A DNA stretch of 61,711 bases, counting the filler. It is 4 parts of 4 records of this genome, joined end to end, with 100 filler letters (N's around TTAATTAATTAA, not from the genome) between each part and the next. Parts side by side here need not be neighbours in the genome. Positions count along the whole stretch, not along the records: positions 49,668 to 61,711 come from DRR723986_4804; 3 more parts are not named here. One strand, given 5' to 3'. A model generated the notes under the pieces. The model saw only the letters and a list, made by a program, of their open reading frames with translations. It searched no databases and was not told where the DNA came from. This document shows positions 51,905 through 61,083 of the stretch, one piece after another. The translations under genes and the position numbers were made by a program. Numbering within the stretch: the stretch's first letter is position 1; every line of letters begins with the position of its first letter.

Positions 51905-53005
51905 TTAATTTTTGGGCAAACCTGCGTCGTCAGTGGGGCCCAACGCATAAGACGGGCGCGCAAAATGCCAAAAAAACCTTTCAAAATTTGGGCAGGCCCC
52001 TGCGGCCAGCTCTAGCAGCGCCACGGCCGATGGCGGCAGGCTTTCGCCCAAGTGCCAGCGCATCGCTGGCCAATCGCCGCGCAAGGCCCGGTTGGGGGCT
52101 GCAAAAATGGCCTCGGTCAGGGGCGCCAAAATGCCCTGCCCCACTGGCGCGGGAAACTGAAACGCGCCCGCGGGCAGGTGCACATCCGCCAGCACCCCGC
52201 CGCGGCCCGGCTCGGCCATGGCGCTGTGCCAGCGCACCACCAGCCAGCTGTGATAGCCATCTGTGGCCGGCACCTGGGGCACCGCCTGCAGCGGCATATC
52301 GGCCTGCGCGCGCAGCCACATGGCCCAGGCCATGGGCACGGGCTGGCCGGCAAAGCGCAACGCCAGCGCAACCTCGGCCAGCAAATCGGCATCTTGCGCC
52401 AAAAACGCCACCGTGCCTGCAAAATGCAGGCTTTGCAGCGCCTCGGGCGGCAGGTTGACCCGCCTGCGCCCGTAATCTGCCTGGTAAAACACCAGATGTG
52501 TTAGCGCGTAGGCTGCATTTTGGTTGGGCACCGCGAATTGGCGGCTTTGCCCCAGAAACCCCGCCAATCGCTGCCCCAGGCCCCGGTCGGGGCGGCCCAG
52601 CCCACGGCGCGCAAACAGCGCCGCCGCCTCGGCGCGCTGTTGATCAGACAGCTCTGCCAGATCAAGCCGCTGGTCATGGCACCATTGCGCCAGCACCGAA
52701 CCCACGCGCCCCGGCATGCCCAGATCCTCGAGATCCAGCGCCATAGACAGAAAAAAGCGGTAATATTGGGGGAAATCCCCCGCCAGCTGGGCCAAGCTGG
52801 CATAGGTTTCGTGATAGAGCGCCAAAACATCTGGCCCCACCTCGGCACCGGTGGCGCGCAACACGCATAGGAATTCGGCATTTTCTTTCAGCCACATCAC
52901 ATCGCCCATCGGCCTGCGCTGCTGCAACAGCGCGCAGGCCAGCCGGGCCATAGCCCCCGCTTGTGGCGCGGGGCTGGGGCGGCGAAAGGCCAGAACCTGT
53001 GCCAC
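51905..53005 (-). CDS. uncharacterised helical protein (DUF6902-like)
   Basis: WLKENAE, FPQYYRFFLS, AELSD.QRAEA, AAYALTHLVFY, DLLAEV blocks; GTG start 10 nt after the upstream peptide stop. Confidence 0.8.
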   Translation of the reverse strand: MAQVLAFRRPSPAPQAGAMARLACALLQQRRPMGDVMWLKENAEFLCVLRATGAEVGPDVLALYHETYASLAQLAGDFPQYYRFFLSMALDLEDLGMPGRVGSVLAQWCHDQRLDLAELSDQQRAEAAALFARRGLGRPDRGLGQRLAGFLGQSRQFAVPNQNAAYALTHLVFYQADYGRRRVNLPPEALQSLHFAGTVAFLAQDADLLAEVALALRFAGQPVPMAWAMWLRAQADMPLQAVPQVPATDGYHSWLVVRWHSAMAEPGRGGVLADVHLPAGAFQFPAPVGQGILAPLTEAIFAAPNRALRGDWPAMRWHLGESLPPSAVALLELAAGACPNFERFFWHFARPSYALGPTDDAGLPKN

Positions 53006-53015
53006 GATCTGTGGC

Positions 53016-53213
53016 TTAGCTGTTTAAGCCTGCGATATAGGCGCCCGCCGCCTGGCCCAGCAGCATATCGCTGCCCGCCTGCGGGCCCAGCCCGGCGATA
53101 TAGCTGCCCGTGGCTTGGCCTGCCAGCATCTGCGCCGGGGCATCTTGGGGGTGCGGCGCGGGGGTGGCCTGTGGCATGGCCAATTCGGCGGTGGGTTTCA
53201 AAACTGCAGTCAT
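53016..53213 (-). CDS. small Gly/Ala-rich peptide with internal repeat (DUF6749-like)
   Basis: Strong AAAGGAG RBS; MLAGQATGSYIAGL and MLLGQAAGAYIAGL repeated with a 21-aa period. Confidence 0.78.
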   Translation of the reverse strand: MTAVLKPTAELAMPQATPAPHPQDAPAQMLAGQATGSYIAGLGPQAGSDMLLGQAAGAYIAGLNS

Positions 53214-53372
53214 TTCGGCTTCTCCTTTGTGGTGAATGGATAAAAGTCAAAACAGCTTTGGGCTGTATGTCAACAAAGTTATTCCCGCTTTGGATGTTTT
53301 TACCCGCACAGCCGGCCCACGGCTTGCCTGCGCCGGGCCATGGGGGGTAGATGGAACAAAGAGGAGAGGCAG

Positions 53373-54179
53373 ATGAAAATCGCGACGTTTAACATCAACG
53401 GTGTGAAAGCCCGCATTCAAACGCTGTGCGATTGGCTGGATGAAACCAAGCCCGATATCGCCATCTTGCAAGAGATCAAATCGATCGATCAGGCCTTTCC
53501 CCGCGAACTGATCGAGGATCGCGGCTATGTGGTGGAAACCCATGGGCAGAAAAGCTTCAACGGCGTGGCGCTGCTATCGCGCTACCCGCTAGAAGATGTC
53601 AGCCGTGGCCTGCCGGGCGACGAGGGCGATGACCAGGCCCGCTATATCGAGGCCACCGTGGTGGGCAAAACCGCGCTGCGCATTTGCGGGCTTTATCTGC
53701 CCAATGGCAACCCGGTCGAGCTGGACCCGACAGGCCAGCCCGTGGCGGGGGGCAAATATGCCTATAAACTGGCCTGGATGGCACGGCTAGAGGCCCGCGC
53801 CAAGGCGCTGCTGGCGCAGGAAATTCCGTTTTTGATGGCTGGCGATTACAACATCATCCCCCAAGCCGAAGATGCCAAGCGCCCCGAAGCCTGGGCCGAG
53901 GATGCGCTTTATCGTCAAACCAGCCGCGAGGCATTTCGCAAACTCTTGGCGTTGGGCCTGACCGAGGCATTTCGCGCCCGGGTGCAGGGGCCGGGGCATT
54001 ATTCGTTTTGGGATTATCAGGCCGGCGCCTGGAACCGCGACGATGGTATTCGCATCGATCACTTTCTGCTTAGCCCACAATGTGCCGATATGATGACAGA
54101 TTGCCACATCCAGCGCGATATGCGCGGGCGGGAAAAACCATCAGATCATGTGCCAGTTTGGCTAGAGCTAGACAACTAA
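53373..54179 (+). CDS. xth: exodeoxyribonuclease III
   Basis: MKIATFNING, LQEIK, YLPNGN, GDYN, RIDH, SDHVPV. Confidence 0.96.
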   Translation: MKIATFNINGVKARIQTLCDWLDETKPDIAILQEIKSIDQAFPRELIEDRGYVVETHGQKSFNGVALLSRYPLEDVSRGLPGDEGDDQARYIEATVVGKTALRICGLYLPNGNPVELDPTGQPVAGGKYAYKLAWMARLEARAKALLAQEIPFLMAGDYNIIPQAEDAKRPEAWAEDALYRQTSREAFRKLLALGLTEAFRARVQGPGHYSFWDYQAGAWNRDDGIRIDHFLLSPQCADMMTDCHIQRDMRGREKPSDHVPVWLELDN

Positions 54180-54182
54180 ATG

Positions 54183-54208
54183 AAAAGCCCGCGCTTTTGG
54201 CGCGGGCT
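54183..54208 (-). terminator. terminator between convergent xth and the YqeY gene
   Basis: AGCCCGCGC-N5-GCGCGGGCT stem with a TTTT tail on the minus strand. Confidence 0.65.
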
Positions 54209-54234
54209 GCGGGTGCTTGTGCTGCGGATTGTGC

Positions 54235-54696
54235 TTATGCGCTTAGGCGATCTTTCACCGCGGGGCCAACGGCACCAAAATCCATCTGCCCAGTGTATTT
54301 GGCTTTCAGCGCCGCCATCACCTTGCCCATATCGCGGATGGATTGCGCACCAATCTCAGCAACGGCCGCGTCAATGGCTTTGGCCACCTCGGCCTGCGAC
54401 AGCTGGCGCGGCAGGAATTCTTCGATAATCACGATCTCGGCGCGCTCGCGCTCGGCCAGATCAAGGCGCCCCCCCTCTTCGTAGGCGCGCGCGCTTTCCT
54501 GGCGTTGCTTGGCCATTTTGCCCAAAATCGCCAAGATCTCGCTATCGGGCACGCCTTCGTCATTGCCATCGCTGCGCGCATCAATATCACGGTCTTTGAT
54601 CGCGGCATTGATCAGCCGAAGGGTTGACAACCGCTCGGGCTGTTTGTCTTTCATCGCTTGTTTCAGGGCGCTATTCACCCGATCTCGCATGTCCAT
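54235..54696 (-). CDS. GatB/YqeY domain protein
   Basis: LKQAMKDK..RLSTLRLI, KQRQESA..YEEGGR, FLPRQLS, RDMGKVM; start moved to 54696. Confidence 0.94.
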   Translation of the reverse strand: MDMRDRVNSALKQAMKDKQPERLSTLRLINAAIKDRDIDARSDGNDEGVPDSEILAILGKMAKQRQESARAYEEGGRLDLAERERAEIVIIEEFLPRQLSQAEVAKAIDAAVAEIGAQSIRDMGKVMAALKAKYTGQMDFGAVGPAVKDRLSA

Positions 54697-54837
54697 CGCT
54701 GGCTCCGTTTTCCCGTTCGGTCCTGAATGCGTGTAAATAGGCATTAAAGCCGTCGCTGACAACAGCCGTTGCACCCTTGACCTGTGGGGCGTGGGGCCAT
54801 AGGAACACGCCAATTTGGCCGCCACGAGGATTCCCCC

Positions 54838-56001
54838 ATGTCGCAAACATCTGCCCCCCGCCCAACCGCCTGCCTTGCGCTCGCTGATGGCACAGTGTTT
54901 TACGGCCGCGGCTTTGGTGCCACAGGCACGACAGAGGCGGAACTTTGCTTTAACACCGCCATGACGGGCTATCAGGAAATTATGACAGACCCCTCGTATG
55001 CCGGGCAGGTTGTCACCTTTACCTTTCCCCATGTCGGCAATGTGGGCGTAAACCCCGACGATGATGAAACCGCCGATCCGGTGGCCGCGGGCATGGTGGT
55101 GAAATGGGACCCGACAGAGCCCAGCAACTGGCGCGCGGCAGAGCATCTTTCACCCTGGCTGCATCGGCGCGGGCGCATCGCTATCGGCGGCATCGACACC
55201 CGCCGCCTGACACGTGCCATTCGCCAGCAGGGCGCGCCGCATGTGGCGCTGTGCCATAACCCTGAAGGCATCTTTGACATCGAGGCGCTGGTGGCGCGCG
55301 CGCGCGGCTTTTCCGGGCTCGAGGGGCTGGATCTGGCCAAGGATGTGACCTGCGCCCAATCCTATCGCTGGGATGAAATGCGCTGGGCCTGGCCCGCGGG
55401 CCACACCCGGCAGGAAAACCCCAAATTCAAGGTGGTTGCCGTAGATTTCGGCGCCAAACGCAATATCCTGCGGTGCCTTGCCTCGGCCGGTTGCGACGTC
55501 ACCGTGCTGCCCGCCTCTGCCACCGCCGACGAGGTGCTGGCCCATGCCCCCGATGGCGTGTTCTTGTCGAACGGCCCCGGCGACCCGGCCGCCACCGGCA
55601 GCTACGCGGTGCCAATGATCCGCAGCATTCTTGATCAAACAGATTTGCCGATTTTTGGCATCTGCCTGGGCCACCAAATGCTGGCCTTGGCGCTGGGCGG
55701 CAAAACCATCAAGATGAACCACGGCCACCACGGCGCGAACCACCCGGTAAAAGACCTGGAAACCGGCAAGGTCGAGATCACCAGCATGAACCACGGCTTT
55801 GCGGTTGATAGCCAAACCCTGCCTGAGGGCGTGCTGGAAACCCATGTCTCGCTCTTTGACGGTTCGAACTGCGGGCTGCGCATGCGCGACCGCCCGGTGT
55901 TTTCGGTGCAATACCACCCCGAGGCCTCGCCCGGGCCGCAAGACAGTTTTTACCTGTTTGAACGCTTTGCCGCCTCGATGGCCGCCCGCGCCGCACAGTA
56001 A
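54838..56001 (+). CDS. carA: carbamoyl-phosphate synthase small subunit
   Basis: [41 protein letters not shown]. Confidence 0.98.
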   Translation: MSQTSAPRPTACLALADGTVFYGRGFGATGTTEAELCFNTAMTGYQEIMTDPSYAGQVVTFTFPHVGNVGVNPDDDETADPVAAGMVVKWDPTEPSNWRAAEHLSPWLHRRGRIAIGGIDTRRLTRAIRQQGAPHVALCHNPEGIFDIEALVARARGFSGLEGLDLAKDVTCAQSYRWDEMRWAWPAGHTRQENPKFKVVAVDFGAKRNILRCLASAGCDVTVLPASATADEVLAHAPDGVFLSNGPGDPAATGSYAVPMIRSILDQTDLPIFGICLGHQMLALALGGKTIKMNHGHHGANHPVKDLETGKVEITSMNHGFAVDSQTLPEGVLETHVSLFDGSNCGLRMRDRPVFSVQYHPEASPGPQDSFYLFERFAASMAARAAQ

Positions 56002-56034
56002 CACCGCCAAGGCCGCGCCAAGACTGCGCAGGCG

Positions 56035-56050
56035 TTAACCACGCGTTAAC
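56035..56050 (+). promoter_or_regulatory. CtrA binding site
   Basis: Perfect TTAA-CCACGCG-TTAAC (TTAA-N7-TTAAC) in a GC-rich intergenic gap, about 40 nt upstream of the GT2 gene. Confidence 0.75.
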
Positions 56051-56091
56051 CCTGCCCGGGCGACAACCGATCCAAAACAAGGGTGGATCGG

Positions 56092-57969
56092 ATGGCAAAG
56101 CGCGGGCAGGTGGGCATTTCTGACGACATATCTGGGCCAAACGGGCCTGCGCCCGCGCAGCTGTATCAGGGTGCACCCTGGGGGCCGGTTTGGAATGGCA
56201 GGCGCGACACTGGCCCAAATACCGGCCCCCAAAGCGGCCCAAGGGCGGCCAGCCTGGCACGACAGCTGGTGCGGCTGGGCGCGCGGGCGCAGGCCGCGGG
56301 GCAAACATCTGCCACGCCATCGCCTGACAGCCTGCAGGCGGCTTTGCACGCGCATCAGCCTGCACTGGCGCTGATCCAGGCACTTGGCCCGCAAACCTGC
56401 CTGAAACACGCGCTCTTGCCGCTTGTGCACAGCGAAACAGGCGCCAAGCTGCTGGTTATGGGCGATCGCACCCAGGCCCCGCCGCCCGCCCTGCCCGCGG
56501 CATGGCAGGGGGTGCCCGTGCAGCTGGCCCCACAGGCCGATGTGCAAAACCAGATCGCGGCAGCCTTTCGCAAAACATTGGCCCAAGCCGCCTTAATGCG
56601 GGTGCCCAGCCTTGAAAGCTGCCGCAGCTGGGGCCGGCGCCCGCGCCTTAGGCTGGCGGCCATTGCCCTGGCGGTGATGGCCTGCCTGGCGCTGGTTTGG
56701 GCCTTTCCCATAGGCATGCTGCTGGCGCTTACGTTTTGGGCGGTGTTTACGCTGATCGTGGCCGCGCTGTTGAAAACCGCCGCAACACTGGCCCATCTTC
56801 TGGCCCCTGCCGCTGCCCCACCGCCCGACGTGGCCGAGGCGCAGCTGCCTGTGATCTCGGTTTTGGTGCCATTGTTTCGCGAAACCGATATTGCCGATCA
56901 TCTGCTGCACCATCTCAACCGCCTGAATTACCCGCGCGACAGGCTGGATATTGTGCTGGTGTTGGAAGAGACCGACGCGCTGACCCAAAATGCGCTGCAG
57001 CGCACGCCCCTGCCCGCGTGGATCCGCATGGTTACCGTTCCCGATGGCCGCCCCCGCACCAAGCCGCGCGCGATGAATTACGCGCTGGATTTCTGCCATG
57101 GCGATATCATCGGCATATGGGATGCCGAAGACGCCCCCGCCCCCAACCAATTGCGCGTTGTGGCCGCAGAATTTGCCCATGCCGGGCGCGATGTGGCCTG
57201 CCTGCAAGGCGTGCTAGATTATTATAACCCCCGCCAAAACGCCATGGCACGCTGTTTTACCATCGAATATGCCACCTGGTTTCGCCTGATCCTGCCCGGC
57301 ATGGCGCGGCTGGGCATGGCCATTCCGCTGGGCGGCACCACCTTGTTTTGCCGCCGCGATGTGCTGGAGGGGCTGGGGGGCTGGGATGCCCATAACGTGA
57401 CCGAAGACGCCGATCTGGGCTTTCGGCTGGCGCGGCACGGGTATCGCACGCAGATGATGCCCACCACCACCCACGAAGAGGCCAATTGCGCGCCCCTGCC
57501 CTGGGTGCGCCAACGCTCGCGCTGGCTAAAGGGCTATATGGTGACGTGGCTGGTGCATATGCGCCACCCGCTTTTGCTGCGCCGGCAATTGGGCTTGTGG
57601 CGGTTTCTGGGAATGCAGGCGCATTTCATCACCGCTTTGTCACAATTCATGCTGGCACCGCTGTTTTGGTCGTTTTGGCTGATCTTGCTGGGCCTGCCCC
57701 ACCCGCTGCAGGGGCAAGTATCGCCGGGCGTCTTATTGGCGATGGGCCAGATCTTTGTTGGGGTCGAGCTGATCACGCTTTGCGCCGGGCTGATTGCCGT
57801 GCGCGGGCGCGCGCACCGCCACTTGCTGGTGTGGGTGCCACTGATGCCGCTCTATTTCCTGATGGGCAGCCTGGCCGCCTACAAAGCGCTGTGGGAGCTT
57901 GTCTGCGCCCCGTTTTACTGGGACAAAACCCAGCATGGCCTGTCGCTGCGCATTATTCGATCCCTTTGA
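56092..57969 (+). CDS. processive family 2 glycosyltransferase (membrane polysaccharide synthase)
   Basis: VLVPLFRE, TKPRAMN, DAED, TEDADLG, QRSRW (D,D,D,QxxRW), TM helices, WDKTQHG. Confidence 0.92.
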   Translation: MAKRGQVGISDDISGPNGPAPAQLYQGAPWGPVWNGRRDTGPNTGPQSGPRAASLARQLVRLGARAQAAGQTSATPSPDSLQAALHAHQPALALIQALGPQTCLKHALLPLVHSETGAKLLVMGDRTQAPPPALPAAWQGVPVQLAPQADVQNQIAAAFRKTLAQAALMRVPSLESCRSWGRRPRLRLAAIALAVMACLALVWAFPIGMLLALTFWAVFTLIVAALLKTAATLAHLLAPAAAPPPDVAEAQLPVISVLVPLFRETDIADHLLHHLNRLNYPRDRLDIVLVLEETDALTQNALQRTPLPAWIRMVTVPDGRPRTKPRAMNYALDFCHGDIIGIWDAEDAPAPNQLRVVAAEFAHAGRDVACLQGVLDYYNPRQNAMARCFTIEYATWFRLILPGMARLGMAIPLGGTTLFCRRDVLEGLGGWDAHNVTEDADLGFRLARHGYRTQMMPTTTHEEANCAPLPWVRQRSRWLKGYMVTWLVHMRHPLLLRRQLGLWRFLGMQAHFITALSQFMLAPLFWSFWLILLGLPHPLQGQVSPGVLLAMGQIFVGVELITLCAGLIAVRGRAHRHLLVWVPLMPLYFLMGSLAAYKALWELVCAPFYWDKTQHGLSLRIIRSL

Positions 57970-58606
57970 TGGACCCTGAATCAAGCTTAAGCCGCGTGAT
58001 AAACGCCTTGGAAATGTGATCGCGCAGCGCATGGTAGGCGGTATCTTCTTCGCGCCCGGCAATTGCGGCAACGATCGCATCATGTTCGGCCAGGGCATCT
58101 TGGCCGCGGCCTTCGGCTGCCAGCGAGGTGGTGGCCATCAGCGCCATCGAGCGGTGCACAAGATCTAGCTGTTGCACCAGATAGCGGTTGTGCGAGGCCA
58201 GATGAATTTGCTTGTGAAAGCGCCTGTTGGCCCGGCTGAGCGCCTTGGGTTGATCGATCAGCGCGCGGTCTTCCTCGACCATATCGCGCAGCACCCGCAC
58301 CTCTTCTTGGGTGGCATGGCGCGCAGCCAGCCGCGCGGCCAGCCCCTCTAGCTCGGCGCGCACGACATACAGCTCGGACAGCTGGTTATGATCGAGCGAG
58401 GCCACAATCAACGAGCGGCCATCGCGGGTGAGCAGCGATTGCGTCTCTAGCCGCTGCAGCGCCTCGCGGATGGGCGTGCGCGATACGCCAAAACGATCTG
58501 CCAACTCGCTTTCCACCAGGCGATCGCCCGGGCGGTAGGTGCCGCTGTCGATGGCCTCAAGTATCAGCGTATACGCATCTTTTTGGGTTGGCTTAAGATC
58601 GGCCAT
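57953..58606 (-). CDS. GntR (FCD) family transcriptional regulator
   Basis: PGDRLVESELADRFGVSRTPIREAL; NRRFH, EH...H FCD motifs. Confidence 0.95.
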   Translation of the reverse strand: MADLKPTQKDAYTLILEAIDSGTYRPGDRLVESELADRFGVSRTPIREALQRLETQSLLTRDGRSLIVASLDHNQLSELYVVRAELEGLAARLAARHATQEEVRVLRDMVEEDRALIDQPKALSRANRRFHKQIHLASHNRYLVQQLDLVHRSMALMATTSLAAEGRGQDALAEHDAIVAAIAGREEDTAYHALRDHISKAFITRLKLDSGSIKGIE

Positions 58607-58730
58607 AGTGCCCCCTTTGATCAGACAGGCAACCCTAGCCGCTGCAAGAGCGCAAAATCAAGGCCACAAATCGCCACAAACGGGCCATGCCACCTTGTGC
58701 CGTCGCGCCCGGGGCACTAGCCTGCCCCCC

Positions 58731-59375
58731 ATGCCGCGCGATCAGTTTAGCCATGTCAGAACATGGGTGTTTGACCTGGACAACACCCTATACCCGCCAG
58801 AAATGCGCCTGTTTGATCAGATCGAACAGCGCATGACGCAGTATGTGATGCGCCAATTGGGCGTGGACCACACCCAAGCCAACCACCTGCGCAAAACCTA
58901 TTGGGCGCGCTATGGCACCACCCTGGCCGGCTTGATGCGCGAACACCAGATCGATCCCGAACCCTATCTGCACGAGGTGCATGATATCGATTTCAGCGTG
59001 CTGGCCCCCGACCCGGCGCTGGCGCGCGAAATCGCAGCCCTGCCAGGGCGGCGGATTATCTATACCAATGGCTCGGCCCCTTATGCGCGAAATGTGCTGG
59101 CCGCGCGGGGGCTGGCCGGGCTGTTTGATGCCATCTACGGGGTGGAACATGCCAGTTTTCGCCCCAAGCCCGAGCGCGACGCCTTCGAGCAGGTTTTTAG
59201 CCGCGATGGCGTAGATACCCGCACCGCCGCCATGTTCGAGGACGATCCGCGCAATCTGGCCGCCCCCCATGCCATGGGCATGCGCACCGTCTTGGTGGCG
59301 CCCGCGCCCCTGCCCGCCCCCCATATTCACCACCACACCAACGATCTGGCCGGATTTTTGGCGCAGCTGCGCTAA
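58731..59375 (+). CDS. pyrimidine 5'-nucleotidase (HAD)
   Basis: WVFDLDNTLYP, YGTTLAGL, YTNG, KP, MFEDD.RNL. Confidence 0.93.
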   Translation: MPRDQFSHVRTWVFDLDNTLYPPEMRLFDQIEQRMTQYVMRQLGVDHTQANHLRKTYWARYGTTLAGLMREHQIDPEPYLHEVHDIDFSVLAPDPALAREIAALPGRRIIYTNGSAPYARNVLAARGLAGLFDAIYGVEHASFRPKPERDAFEQVFSRDGVDTRTAAMFEDDPRNLAAPHAMGMRTVLVAPAPLPAPHIHHHTNDLAGFLAQLR

Positions 59376-59505
59376 CGCATGCGCCCGGCCCCGCCGCCCG
59401 GGTATTGCTGGCGATGTGCCGCGATGCGTCAATCTGCGCATTTCATTCACAAAATTGAATGTTATGTCCTGCAGCATCAAATAACCGCGAAAGGACGCCC
59501 CCCAG

Positions 59506-59727
59506 ATGAGCGCAGCCACATCCCAAACCCACGCAGCCGATGGCCCCATCGCTGCAGGCACAACAAAAACAACAGCCACCGAAAAAGCCCTGTTTTTGGC
59601 CGTGCTGGTGGCGCTATTGGCCTGGGGGCTTGCGATTTTCACCTGGGGTGTTCCGGGGCTTTACATTCCCGCGCTGGCCATGGTGCCGGTGATGTATGTG
59701 ATCTTGATCTTGATCTCGCGCGGCTAG
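59506..59727 (+). CDS. small two-TM membrane protein
   Basis: AAAGGA RBS; hydrophobic C-terminal half ending LLAWGLAIFTWGVPGLYIPALAMVPVMYVILILISRG. Confidence 0.75.
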   Translation: MSAATSQTHAADGPIAAGTTKTTATEKALFLAVLVALLAWGLAIFTWGVPGLYIPALAMVPVMYVILILISRG

Positions 59728-59817
59728 GCGCGGCAAAGGGGCGCGGGGGGCAGCCATCGCAATGGCGCTTGGAACCCCGGCCCCAACGGCCTATCTTTGC
59801 CGCAGGAGGCATGGGCC

Positions 59818-61020
59818 ATGAGTATTCTTGAGACCGATATCGTTGTGTCTGGTGGCGGTGTCGCCGGGCTGACCGCCGCGGCGCTGTTTGGCAGTGCCGG
59901 GTTTCGCGTGATCTGTGTTGATCCCGAGCCCCCCATCACCGAGCGCGATGCCCCCGGCGCCGACCTGCGCACCACAGCGTTTTTGCAGCCCTCGCAAGCC
60001 CTGTTAGAACGCGCGGGCCTGTGGCAGGCCCTGGCGCCCCATGCGGCTGATTTGCAGATCATGCGCATTGTCGATGCCGGCGGCGACACGCCCGAGCCGC
60101 GCATCGTGAAAGATTTCAACGCCCGCGATATTTCCGACAAACCTTTTGGCTGGAACCTGCCCAATTGGCTGTTGCGGCGCGAAATGCTGGCGCGGCTGGC
60201 AGAGCTGCCCAATGTCGATTTTCGCCCCGGCACCCGCACCAAAGATGTGTTTACGCGCCAGGCCCATGCCCGCGTGGCGCTTAGCTGTGGGGCCACGGCC
60301 CAAGCCCGGCTGGTTATTGCCGCCGATGGGCGCAATTCGGCGGTGCGCCAGGCGGTGGGCATCGGGGTGAAAACCACCCGCTATGGGCAAAAGGCGCTGG
60401 CCTTTGCCGTCACCCACCCCATTCCGCATGAAAATATCTCGACTGAGATCCACCGCAGCGGTGGCCCTTTCACCTTGGTGCCGCTGCCCGATTATCAGGG
60501 CAAGCCCAGCTCGGCCGTGGTATGGATGGAACATGGCCCCGAGGCGCTGCGGCTGGCCACGTTGCCGCAAGAGGCGTTTGAGGCCGAAATGAACACCCGC
60601 GCCTGCGGGCTGTTGGGGCCGCTGACGCTGGCCTCGCGGCGCACGGTCTGGCCGATTATTTCGCAAGTGGCCGAACGGCTAAGCGCCGAGCGGGTGGCGC
60701 TGGTGGCCGAGGCCGCGCATGTGCTGCCCCCCATTGGTGCGCAGGGGTTGAACATGAGCTTGGGCGATATGCGCGTGCTGCTAGAGCTGGCCGAGGCAAA
60801 CCCCGGCGATTTGGGCCGCGCGCAGATGCTAGAGGCCTATCACCGCCGCCGCCACCTAGAGGTGCGCGCGCGCATCGCAGGGATTGATATGTTAAACCGC
60901 GCCTCGATGCTGGCACCGCGCCCCTTGCGCGACTTGCGCGCCATGGGATTAGACGCCATTTACAGCCTGGCGCCTGTGCGCCGGACCATGATGCAACTGG
61001 GGCTTGGCGCGCGCGGCTGA
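59818..61020 (+). CDS. UbiH/UbiF-family FAD-dependent hydroxylase (UbiL-like)
   Basis: GGGVAG, IAADGRNS.VR, EAAHVLPPIGAQGLN. Confidence 0.92.
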   Translation: MSILETDIVVSGGGVAGLTAAALFGSAGFRVICVDPEPPITERDAPGADLRTTAFLQPSQALLERAGLWQALAPHAADLQIMRIVDAGGDTPEPRIVKDFNARDISDKPFGWNLPNWLLRREMLARLAELPNVDFRPGTRTKDVFTRQAHARVALSCGATAQARLVIAADGRNSAVRQAVGIGVKTTRYGQKALAFAVTHPIPHENISTEIHRSGGPFTLVPLPDYQGKPSSAVVWMEHGPEALRLATLPQEAFEAEMNTRACGLLGPLTLASRRTVWPIISQVAERLSAERVALVAEAAHVLPPIGAQGLNMSLGDMRVLLELAEANPGDLGRAQMLEAYHRRRHLEVRARIAGIDMLNRASMLAPRPLRDLRAMGLDAIYSLAPVRRTMMQLGLGARG

Positions 61021-61047
61021 GGGAATTTGAGTATTTTTGGCAAGATG

Positions 61048-61070
61048 AAGGGGGGCGCTGTGCCCCCCTT
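61048..61070. terminator. hairpin between convergent genes
   Basis: AAGGGGGGC-GCTGT-GCCCCCCTT. Confidence 0.55.
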
Positions 61071-61083
61071 TGCGTGATGCGCA

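Noticed and set aside
59460-59485. ATCAA half-site upstream of the 73-aa membrane protein as an FNR box
   Set aside because: The left half-site TTGAT is absent.
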